Of a stretch of DNA of 64,000 nucleotides, positions 1 through 13,000 are shown piece by piece. Positions within the stretch are counted from its first letter, which is position 1. The number at the start of each line of letters is the position of its first letter. The notes beneath the pieces are model-generated. The model was not told where the DNA came from. It searched no databases and worked only from the letters and a program-made list of their open reading frames with translations. This DNA is from Mytilus trossulus (lineage: Eukaryota). The stretch spans positions 19,406,001 to 19,470,000 of the forward strand of contig NC_086386.1 in the NCBI RefSeq assembly GCF_036588685.1, written 5' to 3'. The position numbers and the translations under genes are program-made.

Positions 1-199
1 AGAGCACCGTCCCTTGATGAATATTGTCCAGTAGCAATGTTAACCCTTGCTATTGTGCATTAGTCATGAGGAGAATCACTATTGGAGTAATCTCATGTAT
101 CTGTAGCTAGTTCTGAAGGATCCCCCCTTGGTGACCTTTGCATTGTTGTGATGAAGTCCCTCACTACTGTGCACTGGTCATGAGGAGAACTACTGCAGA

Positions 200-492
200 T
201 TGAGATACTATATTCCCGGTTCTATTTTTGCTATTTTTTAGTTTCCGTATTTTAAAATAAACTTAATATCATCATATCCTTTTAATATTAAATCGGCCTC
301 ATTGCACTCAATGTCTCTTACTATAATTATATCCTACATTGCTCATATTATCAATTTATTATTTGTGTATTACTTATTGTGTATTTCACTAATGTTTATA
401 TAATCATTGTATTATGATGTTTTTGTATCTTGCCTGACAAGGGCCCATGATTGGAAAAATAAAATAATGTCTAATGTCTAATGTCTAATGTC
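200..492 (+). mobile_element. Probable non-LTR retroelement 3' end with (ATGTCTA)n tail
   Basis: AT-rich UTR-like stretch, AATAAA, then about 4 heptamer repeats at 466-492; left boundary approximate. Confidence 0.4.
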
Positions 493-2154
493 ATACACAA
501 CAAACAACAACCACTAAAATACTTAGCAACCTGACTTGGGACTGGCACATACCGAATGTAGAGGGGTTAACAAGTCAACTTTCTAGGATTATGACATCAA
601 CGATAAAGATTAATTAGCGAGTTTGGTATTACTAGTACCATAGGCATACAATTTGTAGGGTGCCTCTAATGCAGTAGGGTCTACATTCCAGAGCAGCTAA
701 GATCATCCCCCAATGTTTGATTGATACATGCTGCTTCGTTTTTAGAATTTGTGTTGTGTATTTATAGACGGTTTTACTTTTTTGTCGTTATTTTTTTGTC
801 ACGACTTTGTCGGCTTCTCGTCGACATGTGATCTTTGAATGGCCACTTTGTATATGTTTCCACCTTTTTCCTCCTCTAAGTCATGATAGGGTAATTTTTT
901 CTATACGCAAAAAATAATCTAACTTTCTAATTTATTTTGAAACGTTTTATATGTTTCAAGAATATTATTCTCTCTTCCGTTCAAATATGTTGAGGCTAGA
1001 AAAGATAAGACAAACTTTAGAAATTTTAAAAAGGAGATGACCTTTATTTGAATATTATTTGATGAAATTGCTGTTAAACATGTATAAAACCTCCACCAGC
1101 CATCCTGTGTGCGGCATCTGCTTATACTGGTCCCTTTTTTCTAATTGATACTCAAATTTGTTCATCCTCTCCACCATCGAAACAAATTAAGGGGAACCAT
1201 CTAATTTTGAGATTTTTGGTCTGTGAAAAAAGGCAGCTTTAAAAAGAGGTAGTAGCCGGGCTATTTTACCGGCTTTGGTGAAATAGCTTATATATATAGC
1301 CTCTTAATTCCTTTGTAAAGAGCTCCATAAACCTCTGCTTAAACTCTTCGCATATGAATCAAACATAAAGTTTATTTCACGTTTTCATTCTGACAATGTC
1401 CAATGTCTTACGGATCATTTCCAATGCTGATGAACAATTTTTTTATTTTTTTTTATTAAATTAGACAGACAAATAGCATCGCTATTTTGCTGGAGCCTGT
1501 AAAATAACTCTGAAGAGGCTAATATGCCAAAAATAGTAAAAGGCGTTGAAAACATAATTGCAATTGACAGCGTCTTATCTACAATTACAACGGCACTGCT
1601 TACGATGAGACTATGCGCTAACATTTATTATTTGCACATTTGGCGATTTGTGTCACATCATATATACTGGTTGGCGTTTATACTCTCCTCGACCGGAAAA
1701 ATATACTGATTCTTCGGCGTTTTAAAATGGTAAAGAAAAAAAGATCGCCGATAAATGTTATTGGGTCCTACTATGAACTACAGACACTTTTCATCGAACC
1801 ATATGCATGGGCCATTTTTGCAAGTCATATATATAGAGAATACGATATAACAAATCGAATGCCAGCAACAATGCCAGCAACAATAAAGTCACGGCAGTGT
1901 TGTATTTGCGCCAAAAATAAAAAAAAAATGTTTTCTATTGCGTGAGAACTCCTTGTTTCTCCACAAAAAAAATATCTCATTAAACAGAGGGACAATATTT
2001 CAGAAGGGGGGGGGGGGGTATGATTTTTATTATCCTGTAACGTTGTTATTTTTTCGCGAATGCTTATTTTCATTTTTTGGACACATGCCTGTCTTTGCCA
2101 AAGATTTACTTAAAAAAAGAGGGGGTGGTTTTCTGTGTCATAAATTGTTGTTTA

Positions 2155-2309
2155 GGGAGCTACCAATTAGTTTTTATGGGGGGAAAGGATCCATATCTCT
2201 GTACGTCCTGCCTTTTTAATTTTTTACTTTATTCGGTCCTGCCTATTTTTTTCAAATTTCATCCTAGCCACCCCCCCCCCCCCCCCATAAAAATCAATTG
2301 GTAGCTCCC
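2155..2309. mobile_element. PIF/Harbinger-like MITE (partial relative at 8115-8280)
   Basis: TIR GGGAGCTACCAATT...AATTGGTAGCTCCC; TTA duplicated on both sides. Confidence 0.8.
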
Positions 2310-2685
2310 TTAGCGCACAGCGCAAGCATTTTTATTTAGTTTTTCAACGCTATCAATAAAACACTTTTTTTCATAAATCTAACACTATGAGGTGTGGAAT
2401 ATATCTTTTTTTAATCTGTTTGACCAATTTTTTTTTTATCAACTTGCCGCATGGGGATCAGAATATTTTTTATTTAAAAAAAAATACTTTCCCCCTTAAA
2501 AAGATAAATGTTCGTTCCCTTAGTACCTAGCCAGAAAATTCATATTCAAAATTAGATGCAGATCCAGGATTTGACTTGAAAGGGGGAACCCGGCGGGGCC
2601 CCCAAAACTAAGCAACGTTTATGTAGTGGGACATCTAAAAAGTTTAGATACCATAGCTCCTTTAGTGGGACCGGGCCCTCTACCC

Positions 2686-3474
2686 GGGTCCTACTAAAAT
2701 GCGCCCGGGTGAAGAAAAAGCCCCCGGGGAAAAGAAAAAGCGCCAGGGGAAGAACAAATAGCGCCTGGGGGAAAAGAAAATGCGCCCGGGGAAAATGTAT
2801 AGATATTTTATTAACCAGAGACAACTTTGTGTCGATAAAATAGGTTATGAACATTGATTTACATTGATTTTTTTAAAAATTTTAGACAATTAATTTGCAA
2901 ATTCAGATAATAGACATTCATAATAAAGCACTATTAAAACAAGTATGATTTTTTCAAAGTTTACAATAATATATGAATACTATTTCAAAAGACAGATAAT
3001 AATAGATCACAGTTTATGCGGAAGATTTATAAAATGTGAAACTTCAAAAGACATGTTTTTCAAAAACAATATTAAAATGAAAAATGTAAAAAAAAAACCT
3101 TAAATTTCACAGATAAATATTTATCTAATCAAAATTAAAAGAGTTACACATAATAAATCAGCAAATAAAGCAGTACTATACATGTACAGTAGTTAAATGA
3201 AGGGAGTAAAAAGCAGGAGTTTGGTTTAATTCAAAACTATGCATTAAATTCCTGATAAGCATATATATAGACATTAAAACAGTCAAAGTTTTAGTTTTAA
3301 ATTATAAAAAGATATAAACAACACTTTCGATGTAGCATCGTACATATCCCAATTTATATTAAGGACAACACAAGCAATGATTTTTTTTAAGAAAAAAAAT
3401 ATTGTTATAAAATATTATTATTTTAATCCCACGGGCGCTAATTTTCCTTCCCCGGGCGCTTTTTAGTAGGACCG
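2686..3474. mobile_element. MITE with subterminal GCGCCCGGG repeats and 8-bp TSD, nested in an older small MITE (~2553-3497)
   Basis: TIR GGTCCTACTAAAA.GCGCCCGGG; CTCTACCC at 2678-2685 and 3475-3482. Confidence 0.85.
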
Positions 3475-3735
3475 CTCTACCCACCAAAATCCGACACTAA
3501 AATTCCTTCTGCCCCATATCCGAGCTAATTATGACTTGCAATCCCCTTTTCAAAAAAAAAATCCCTCTCACAAGAGATTAGCTGTCTAATTCGACACTGG
3601 TGTAAATTAATTTATCACAGATCATAACTTTGAAACTCGAATTTCAAATTTCAAACATTTATATATTAATTTCGGGTAAGAAAAACAAGGGTGCTGAACA
3701 GTTTTCTGATCCCTATACATATTGATTTGACCCAG

Positions 3736-3945
3736 ATTCTCGCCTGAAAACATCAAAAGAAATCATTCGCGAGAAATCGTGGGAAGTAATCATCGGTCCT
3801 TTGATGTGTGCCACGTGACCTTGTCAGTTTCCCCATGCGGAGTTCATCAATTTCGTGCACTTTTAGCCGAATCAGCTGATGAAGAGTGTGCGACAGGGAC
3901 ACACTCATAAGGTGCACACGCGTTGTCGCGAAAACAATTATTATT
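3736..3945 (+). promoter_or_regulatory. CpG-rich promoter/5'UTR of the OTU gene
   Basis: CpG cluster in a CpG-poor background; TCGCGAGA-like motif near 3767, CCTTTGATG 3798-3806, CACGTG 3812-3817, CGCGAAAA 3927-3934. Confidence 0.6.
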
Positions 3946-4092
3946 ATGCATTATTATGTGAACAGTCCAGGAAAGAGTAACCAAAGATCACAAAAACTTT
4001 CAAGCATGGACAGTTATTTGTCCACAGTTGGCCTGTGGAGAAAACCTATTGCCCGTGATGGGTTTTGTTTGTTTCGAGCAACTTCTGAACAG
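3946..4092 (+). CDS. OTU gene exon 1 (MHYYVNSPGKSNQRSQKLSSMDSYLSTVGLWRKPIARDGFCLFRATSEQ), OTU Cys box
   Basis: DGxCLFRA motif; donor CAG|GTGAGT, phase 0. Confidence 0.93.
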
Positions 4093-7000
4093 GTGAGTTT
4101 ACAAATGTAGTTTCTGTTGCAGAAACTGCACTTATGAAAATATTTTTTAAATTGCTATAATTTATATGATGTTTATGAATTATTATGTCTTTAATCTGCA
4201 TTTTTACAGCAAGATATTTCTGTAATATGAAACGGAAAATGTAAATAATAAATCCGCTGTTTGTTATTTGTTCATTTCGCCGTTGCATTTTGTAAGATTT
4301 CATATTTATATTGTTGTTTAGCTCCTGGTATAAAGAATTCATACAGCAATAGTCTTGACATCAAGAGAGACCATAATACGTGTATCAAGAATTTATTCTA
4401 TACTATGCGACCCATTCATTCCAGTGTTACTTTTTATTCCTTATTATCTGATGTCGGGAAAGACTTTTAGATAATTGTTGATATTAGGAATTCAATTATT
4501 GTTAAACAAAAAAAGTTCTCTTTTTTTTAAGATGAAAGCAATGATTTTTCGACATCAGAAAAATCATCTACAGTACATAGTTTCTTGATATTAGAAATGA
4601 GATTAATAGAAATCCGTTTTATGATATGAAATGATTGTGACTTTCTAGGATTAAAAATATTTTTTCATGTTTTCTGATATCAACAGATCAATAATTTGAA
4701 TTTTAGATGTATGTATTATAAGTAGATATATAATTGTAGGAAAAGCAGTTTTTGATATAAAAAGTAAAATTTGAAATGAAGGCAGGACTTTGAGTAAAAA
4801 ATAAAAAGTCATGTCAAAACTGTTCATCCTTGCCCGCCCTCTTCACCCCCAATAAAATCAAATGATAGCACACTGAGTTAAAGTTGTGGAAATATATTTT
4901 CAGGTATACATGACGCAAGCTCATTATGAAAAGCTATACAATCTATCCAAAGAGTTTTTCTACAGACTTGAAGGAATAGACCAGGATTATGTAAGTTTAC
5001 ATGCATGCAATAGAATTTTAATTTTGATTTTATACAATAACAGATTTATAGATTTTGATTTACATTTTCTATAACATTTTAATTTCTATTGGACACAGCT
5101 TCTATGCAATTGCATTTTTTAAAAAGAAGTTTGACAAAAATTTATTTTGATCTTGAGCAGCTTAACCTTTCATTTATTTCCTCAACAAGTTGCAATAAAA
5201 CCTGATTAAAATGTTCAGCTGATTTTTACAGAGTTATCTCCCTGTAGTGTTATGTACATGTATCATCTTAATCCGAATAATGTCGGTCGTTATATTCTAC
5301 TGATCTCCGTCTAATCTCTGATTGCTACATTAGCCTCGATAGGCTAGAGAGCGCAGAATTATTCGAGTTAGTATCATCTTGGAGTTCATCCTGAAATAAA
5401 ATGATTCTGAGTATTCTCCCTTTATAAACCAAAGTCATTAGTCTTTCACTTGTTAAACATACATACAAAGATAAGAAAACAATTATCATATACATCTTTC
5501 CATTTCCATAAAAAGTCTTGCAAATATGTTTTATTTTTGCGTTAGAATGAGCACAATTCAATAAAAAAATTCAGACTGATCAATTGTAGGCTTTTTTTAC
5601 AATGAATGGAATACTCTCAGATTATTTTTCTGACCCTATAGTGTAGATAAATGTGTGATTAAATATTTTAATTTGTTTTACTTATTACAGGTATGGACAG
5701 AATCCGATGCTATGTTTTCTTTGTCTGTTATATGCAGGTAATTATCAAAAGCCCTTACAGGAACCCCTTTAAAAAATCATCCTTCTCTTGATGTCATGAA
5801 GAAAAATATCTGTATTGTCTTTCTCTTGTTGATATGAAGGGAAAAAATCCAGATTGTCTGCAAGACGTGATTTATGCACATTATGTCCCAATTAAACTAA
5901 GATTATGACAACTAGAGGTGATTTTGGAATATGATTGGGAAATTTTTAACCACCTTTTGAAATGATCAGCATTTGACCTTGAGTTGGGCCTCGCAATGCT
6001 AGGAACAAAAACTTGCAGACAGAGTTTATAGTTGTTCAGCGAGTCACTTGCTGTTCTAAAGTTATGCCCCTTTAAAACATGAAGAATGCAAATTATTTTA
6101 TTTTTATGCACCATTTATGGGCATTATGTTTTCTGGTCTGTGTGTCCGTTTGTTAGTTTGTTGTCTGTTTGTCCCTCTTCAGGTTGAAGTATTTGGTCGA
6201 GGTAGTTTTTGATGCAGTTGGGGCCAATCAATTTGAAACTTAGTATACATGTTCCCTATGATGTGATCTCGGAGATTTTGTCACATTTTCACAGTCCACT
6301 GAACATAGAAAATGATAGTGCAGATGGGGCATCCGAGTACTTGGGACACATTCTTGTTGCACTTTAAATTAAGAAAGCCTGATTTTGAATTTATCAAACT
6401 CAAATACAACAGAACTTGTCAGAAGATTATTTCATTTGACAATGTTTGAATAAAAAATATGGAAAAAAACACGCAGCACAAACAGATATGTATCATAATG
6501 ATAAATCTAATTGGTCAGATTGCAACTTTTTTTTCTCTTGAAACAATGAAGTCAAATTAAATCCCTCAAACTTGTTGGAATGAAGATGGCAAAATATTGT
6601 ACAGTATACAATGTAGATCCATATTAATTAATATTATTTCCATTATTCTATTTCAGACATAATTTTTTAGTATATGAAGTACCTGGATGTCCACCATATT
6701 TAGCTATAGATAATTGTTTTTCAGAAAATGTAAGTTATGATAATTATTTTGAGAATTTTTTGGCATGATTTCTATAAACTATAAACTTCTAGCATTTATA
6801 ACTGGTCTAAATCTAAATCTGTGTGTCCATTTCTCAAAAGGACATCAATAAGGTCTTCAAAAGATATGATTGGCTTTAATTGCCTTGTTCATCATATAGG
6901 CAGTCTACTTCGTCTTATAGCGATGATATTAAGGTGGTACCTAACACTACAGGGAGATAACTCTGTAAAGTCAGCTAAACGTTTTAACTACGTTGTGTTG

Positions 7001-10000
7001 TAATAGGAATATTAAGCTTCTCAATGATCAAAATTGGTGTTTGTCAAAATGCTTTAAAACCAGTGTAATTTTTCTGACAAAACGGTTGGTTCAAAATTTT
7101 AGAATTTTTTATATTTTTGTTAAAGGGTCAAAGTAAACACTTTGACAAAATTTTATGAAAATTAAACGAGCCAAACTAATTTTAGTGCAAGTGTTGGGTA
7201 CCACCTTAAGAAGTAAGTTATACAAGTTTACAATAAATATAGATGCAGGAAATTTGGTGTGAGTGCCAATGCGACCACTCTCCATTCAAATAACAATTTA
7301 TTAAAGTATTCATAAACATGCTATTAAATGTGACTAAAAAAAAATCCAAAATGAAAAATAAAAATCCATTTTGATTAACATATGGTTTACATTTCACAAT
7401 TGATAATCAGACGTCGTGCAAGCAGTTTCAATTGATGCAAATAGTTTTTTTTTTTTAATTTTTTTTCTTCAGGTTATGCTATGTAGAATAGATGCCACAC
7501 ACCTTGAAAGTGTTTTTCCAAAATCCTATGTAAAAGAATTAGCTCTATGTCAGTGTAAGTTGATTTAAAAATTAAGATACTTCTTTAAAGAGACATAAGT
7601 AACATGATAAAAACAAACATTGTTAAATCATTTATATTTCAAGTGAAATGGTGAAATAGTAATTAGCTTTTAGCAGACAATTTGGTTCAATTTTGTCAAA
7701 ACAGCACACGTGAAAGTGAATTATTCACTTGCTAGTGAATATTTGACCTCATTGAATTGGTATTCCTGTGACATACAATTTAACCTCTTAGCTAGAGATG
7801 TGATGAATATGTATTCAGCTATTAAAAGAAAACAAATTTCAATCTTGAAAATAAAACAAGGTTAACTGAATTGATCCACAAAAATCAGTCTTATCTAAAA
7901 CCTACAATATGCAGTGTTCTTCAGCTTTCTATACTGTGCAGGGTCTTTTGGAGTATTATCTCACAATCTCTTCTCTGAAAGGCATGTAAAACTATAAGTT
8001 AAAAATGCTGAAAAGTACAGAATTTGTCATTAATTATTCTGTTTTCATCAATACATCATAATATCAATATTGATCCTAGATTAACCATGCATTGGGGCCT
8101 AGGAAAATGATTTAGGGAGCTACCATTTGATTTTTATGGGAAGGCTAGGATGAAATTTGAAAAAAATAGGCAGGACAGGAGTTTTGAGTAAAAACAAGGC
8201 AGGATGAGACACTTGCAAAAAAAAAGTCAGGACGACAATTTAGTTAAAAAAAAAGTCGGGATAAACTAAAAAAAAAAAAGCAAACTAATATTCCCTAGCC
8301 CTGTGATTTTTGTTGTAGCAGGACAGTAATATCTGATGGAGAATTATTGAATTGTGAAAACACACTTAAAATTAGACAACAAAAAATAAAAACAGAACAC
8401 TACAAAATTATATGGTATGACTTTTTCCATATATGATCTTGCTTATTAGCTTTCACTAAAGTTACTGGTGAACTTTTGTGGTTCATCTGGCAAGGTACAA
8501 CATTTTTTGTAATCCATACATTTCAATCCTTTTTTAGCTGCATTTATCTGATTATATGTTCATAATTAAATGAGATTACATTTTATTCCCTTTTAGTTGC
8601 ATTTACCTGATTTCATGTCCATAAAATTTCTCTAAAATTTCTAACAGTAAAAAACTTGTACAAGTGATTATCTCTCCTGGGCAAGTTGTTAAACAAGTTC
8701 ATTTATATACCCAGAGGCATATAAATATGGAACCTTGACACACATGGAGGCTGTTCATCTTTATATGCCATTTGGTTATTTTTGTTTTTGAGTTGCAGTT
8801 TTCACAGGCAGAAAAAGAGGGGGAGACACCCCCCCCCCTCTTATTTGGGGAAAAAAATTGGTTGGTTGGATACTTTATCTGCATGACTAGGGCCGATGGT
8901 TGGTTAATTAGAATAAATTCTAATATCTGTGTCTATAGGGAATCACTGAAGCATGACTAGAGCTGGTCCCCTCTAAGGCAGTTAGTGGACCCTCACTTAT
9001 GAAAAATTCTGGATCTGCCACTAGTCTTGAAAACATACTGCACCTCACCTTGATATTTTCATACACAAATTTAATGATAGTAAAATTTACTACAATTGAT
9101 TACTGACCTAGTTTTTATGTAATAATTTTGTGATTTTATTTCCTGTTAAATAATTACACATTATGACATAGTTTTGTTTTATCTTTGATCTTAATGACAT
9201 TGTTAATTAAATAATGACATTAATTATAATATTAAAAATATAATCCTGGGAAAATTTGTTCTCATTCACAATTCTCACAGTTGCTTTACTAGGGATGGGC
9301 ATATTACCAGAACTTTCAGGAATTTAAAGGTCAATGTCACAGCAGTCTGATAGGCAAAGTTAGTTTTCTCATTATCTTTTAAATCATCCAGGTCATCAAT
9401 ACTGAAGTAAGTTTTGTTCTTGTCTCTTGGTAAAAAGGAAAAAAAAATGAAAAATTTGATTTTTTTTGACAAAAATGTTTTTACCTCTACAAGTCTTGTT
9501 CAAATTAGTGTGAGGTCAAGGTTTTGGACTTTTCTTTTCTAGGAGAGGTCAATAATTTTTTAAATTACAAAAGTCCATGACCTACCTTTATTGTCTACAA
9601 TGATGTCTGTATTATACAGGACCATTGATTTCATACAGAGGGCCTTTTGCTAATAACTTTTAAGATGGACCTGGACCTTTAATTATTTAAAGCAAATTTG
9701 AGCCCCTGCATGGATGGGGTCTGATGGGGGTCCTTTAATTTTGTATTTTTCAGCCATTCATCTCTTATTTATAAATTTTGTCTGTTTTTTCACATTCTTT
9801 AAAAATGATGGCCATGTTTCTCTATTCTTTCATAATATTTAAGCACCCATTATTCCTGACATTTTTTGCCCATCATCTCTTCTAAAAATCAAATCCAGTG
9901 GTTCATGTGTTAACTAATATATATCCTTTTGGTTGAAATATATATAAGTGTTAATGTTCCCAACATATTTTGCCTTGGGTTTTATTTGTAAAGGAATGAA

Positions 10001-13000
10001 CATGTTTCTGTGATGAGGAATACAATCTGCATGTTTTTCCATGAAAAGCCAAATGGGTCAAAATTTCAACACTTCAGTTATTTATTAAGTCCATAACATT
10101 GTTACTCAAATAAATTAAAACCAGATGCTCTGCAGGGCACAGCTTGATAGGACTACAGAAGGTCGAACCCTGAAAATTTGGAAAGTATGGACACAACCCT
10201 CATGAAAACAAAATTCTGAATTTGAGTTGAACTTTGCTGAATAGGTTCTGAAGCATACCTGAATACATGCTGAACTAATTTTTAGGGTCTGAAAAACTGC
10301 TGAACCACTTTTTTCACATTCTGAAGAAATACTGAAATCTTACTGGAATATTCAGACATGCTGAAAAAGTACTGTTTCATTTTCTGAAAAGTTCAGACTG
10401 TGCTGAAAAATTCAGACAATGCTGAACTGAAGCTGAAAATATTCTGAACTGTTCAGTGATTGCTGAACTCCTCAGACAAATTTACTGAATTATTCAAATA
10501 TTGCTGAAAATGTACTGTTTCAGGATCTGAACATTTCAGGCATAGCTGAATAGTTCAGAATGTCCTTAAATGTTCAGAATTGATTCTGAAAACATTCTGA
10601 ACAGTTAAATGATTGCTGAACTCCTCAGACAAACATCTGAAAATATGCTGATATTTTATTGAAATCTTCAAACAGGACTGAACTGTTCAGAAGTAACAAA
10701 AAAAATGTACTGAACAAATAAGACAGAGACTGAACTATTCAGAAGCAAATCTGAAAAATGTTGATTTTTTTTAAAACACATCAAACTGTACCAAACTGTG
10801 CAGAACAGCCCTGACACCTTTTTGAATATTGAAAATAACCCTGACACCTTTTTGAATATTGAAAATAACCCTGACACATGCTTGGGATTAAGACTTTATC
10901 GAGCTTTACTCCTAAAACAATGATGAACAGTGCATGCATGTATATGATAATGCTGTTTTCATACAAAATGTTTAAAAGTCTATTTATTTGATTACTACAT
11001 AAACGGATTGTCTGGCAAACGAAATGAATTTTGTTTGAATACTGCAGTTAAATTAAAATACTTAAAATTTGCACTGTTGTAACAGATAACAACAGAAACT
11101 ATTTTGTTTACTCTAAATAACATTATCAAATCAAAATCATGACACATTTTTATCACATTGATTCATCAGTCCTTTTCATAAAAGTTCGGGAATATTCCTC
11201 CAATAAACATGTGCTCAGACTCCATCAAAACAATTTTCTGGTTGATCTTTTCTAATCTCACAAGTCGTATGCCATCTTGCCTGAAATGATTGAAAGATAA
11301 AAGATACCTATATTACGGCTGTATTTTCAAAATCAGGGAAACAAGAAGAAATAAAAATGAGTCTGCCTATGAAAAAAAATGTACGAATTCATGTTGTCTG
11401 CTTTATTTTCAAATCAATGATGTTAGTAGAGTTTTGCCATGTGATTTGTTATCTAATTTGTTTTGTCTAGTTAAAGTGACCTAAGCTTAACAGTGTGCTC
11501 ATTCAGGATTATGATGGTTGTTTAAAGATTTTTTGTGCTTTCAATTGTTAAGTTTCTTTGTTTGCTTAGTCTTTTGAATGTTTCCAACATCATTAAAATA
11601 AACATACTGTGTCAAAGCTTTGCTTAAAAGATCTAGCAACACAAAGTTCTACTTTCTGTTTAAAAAAATGTTGGTTATCATCTGGTTTAATAGTACACTT
11701 GAAAAATTTCAAAGCAATAAAAATAATCACAAAATCTTAACTATTGTGAGTTGCAATATTTAAAAACAAGTTATCTATTTTTAGACAACCGGTCAATTTA
11801 ATCCATACATCTATGCAAAATATGCTGCAACCACTAATGATATATTTCATCAAAATAGAAATACCTTTCTTTCTCGAATATTAGAAGCCCATAGGTCTTT
11901 AAATTGGTTGTAAGATCAGCTACCAAATTCATGTCCTTCTTCACATAGCCTTTTACAAAGGCATATGCGGAACTTTCATCTATCTCAGGATCAACTACTT
12001 CTGCAAAGAAGAGAACTTCTCCATAGCAAATTTCTCCATGTTGAGCATACGATACTGTGTAGCTGTTTCTTTGTCTTACTTTACTATATTTCTGGCTATG
12101 GATCATGTGTCCCCTTACTAACGCTCTCTTAAACAATTTTATATTTCCATGATGAAATGGAAAAACAAAATTAAGTGCAGAAAACAACGATTCCTACGAT
12201 GCGGTTTCTGTATCCTCACCTACTCCAACAAGATAAACACCTGGTTGTGTTTCTGTTAATAGTTTACTGAAAAGTTAAAATGTCAAAATATTATCAGGAT
12301 ATCAATATAGGATTAAACACCTTTTTAAAGGAATTTTTTGGTGTATTTGCATATTAGGGAATACCTTGATGATATGATTGGTCTAGAGGACTTCCGGTAG
12401 TTAATCTTGACGTTGGTTATTTTTCAATAGACGACTTTGACTGAACTTCTTTTTGTAACCAATGTAAACAAGATGGTGGCGATAACAACAATGAAAATTT
12501 ATTTCACTGCACTTTATGCCATAGAGGTTAGGAGTGTGGAAAAATATATTCCTCATCTCCAATTTTAAAGAATTATAAGGATTAAATGCATTTTTGAATG
12601 AATTTATTTGTGTATAAACTGGACCAAGTCATTTACAAACATATCATAAAATGTTACATTCAAGCTTGATACAGCTCTGAATTTGGATTGTGGTTTAATA
12701 GTTGACACACATTAAGGCCAGGATTTTTTAATTTGTTGGTTTACGGATCCGCCGACCCGATTTTGTCGATTTTATTCTCGCCGACCCAACAAATGCATTA
12801 TCCCTGAAAAATAATTAAAATATCCTTTTTTTATGAAATGAAATGCATTAATCACTAACAGAAGTGATGACACTTTCTGTTGTGAAAAAATGAAACTTCC
12901 AGTTTACGTTTCTAAAAATAGACAAATCAATTATTAATGACCTTGAAATGTCGTTTGCGCAAATAATTTTGCGGAACGAAACCTGTGTTTAAAACCAATT

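Noticed and set aside
1415-2854. Cluster of short overlapping ORFs (likewise 22966-23402, 52054-52434, 54435-54911, 58841-59983)
   Set aside because: They lie in or near repeats, mostly have non-ATG starts, and show no recognisable motifs or consistent splicing.
3876-3910. Hammerhead-like CTGATGA plus stem in the 5'UTR
   Set aside because: The stem is followed by ATAA, not GAAA; core incomplete.
1-3945. ALG13-type glycosyltransferase exons upstream of the OTU domain
   Set aside because: No such motifs seen; the region is TE-derived and promoter-like right before exon 1.
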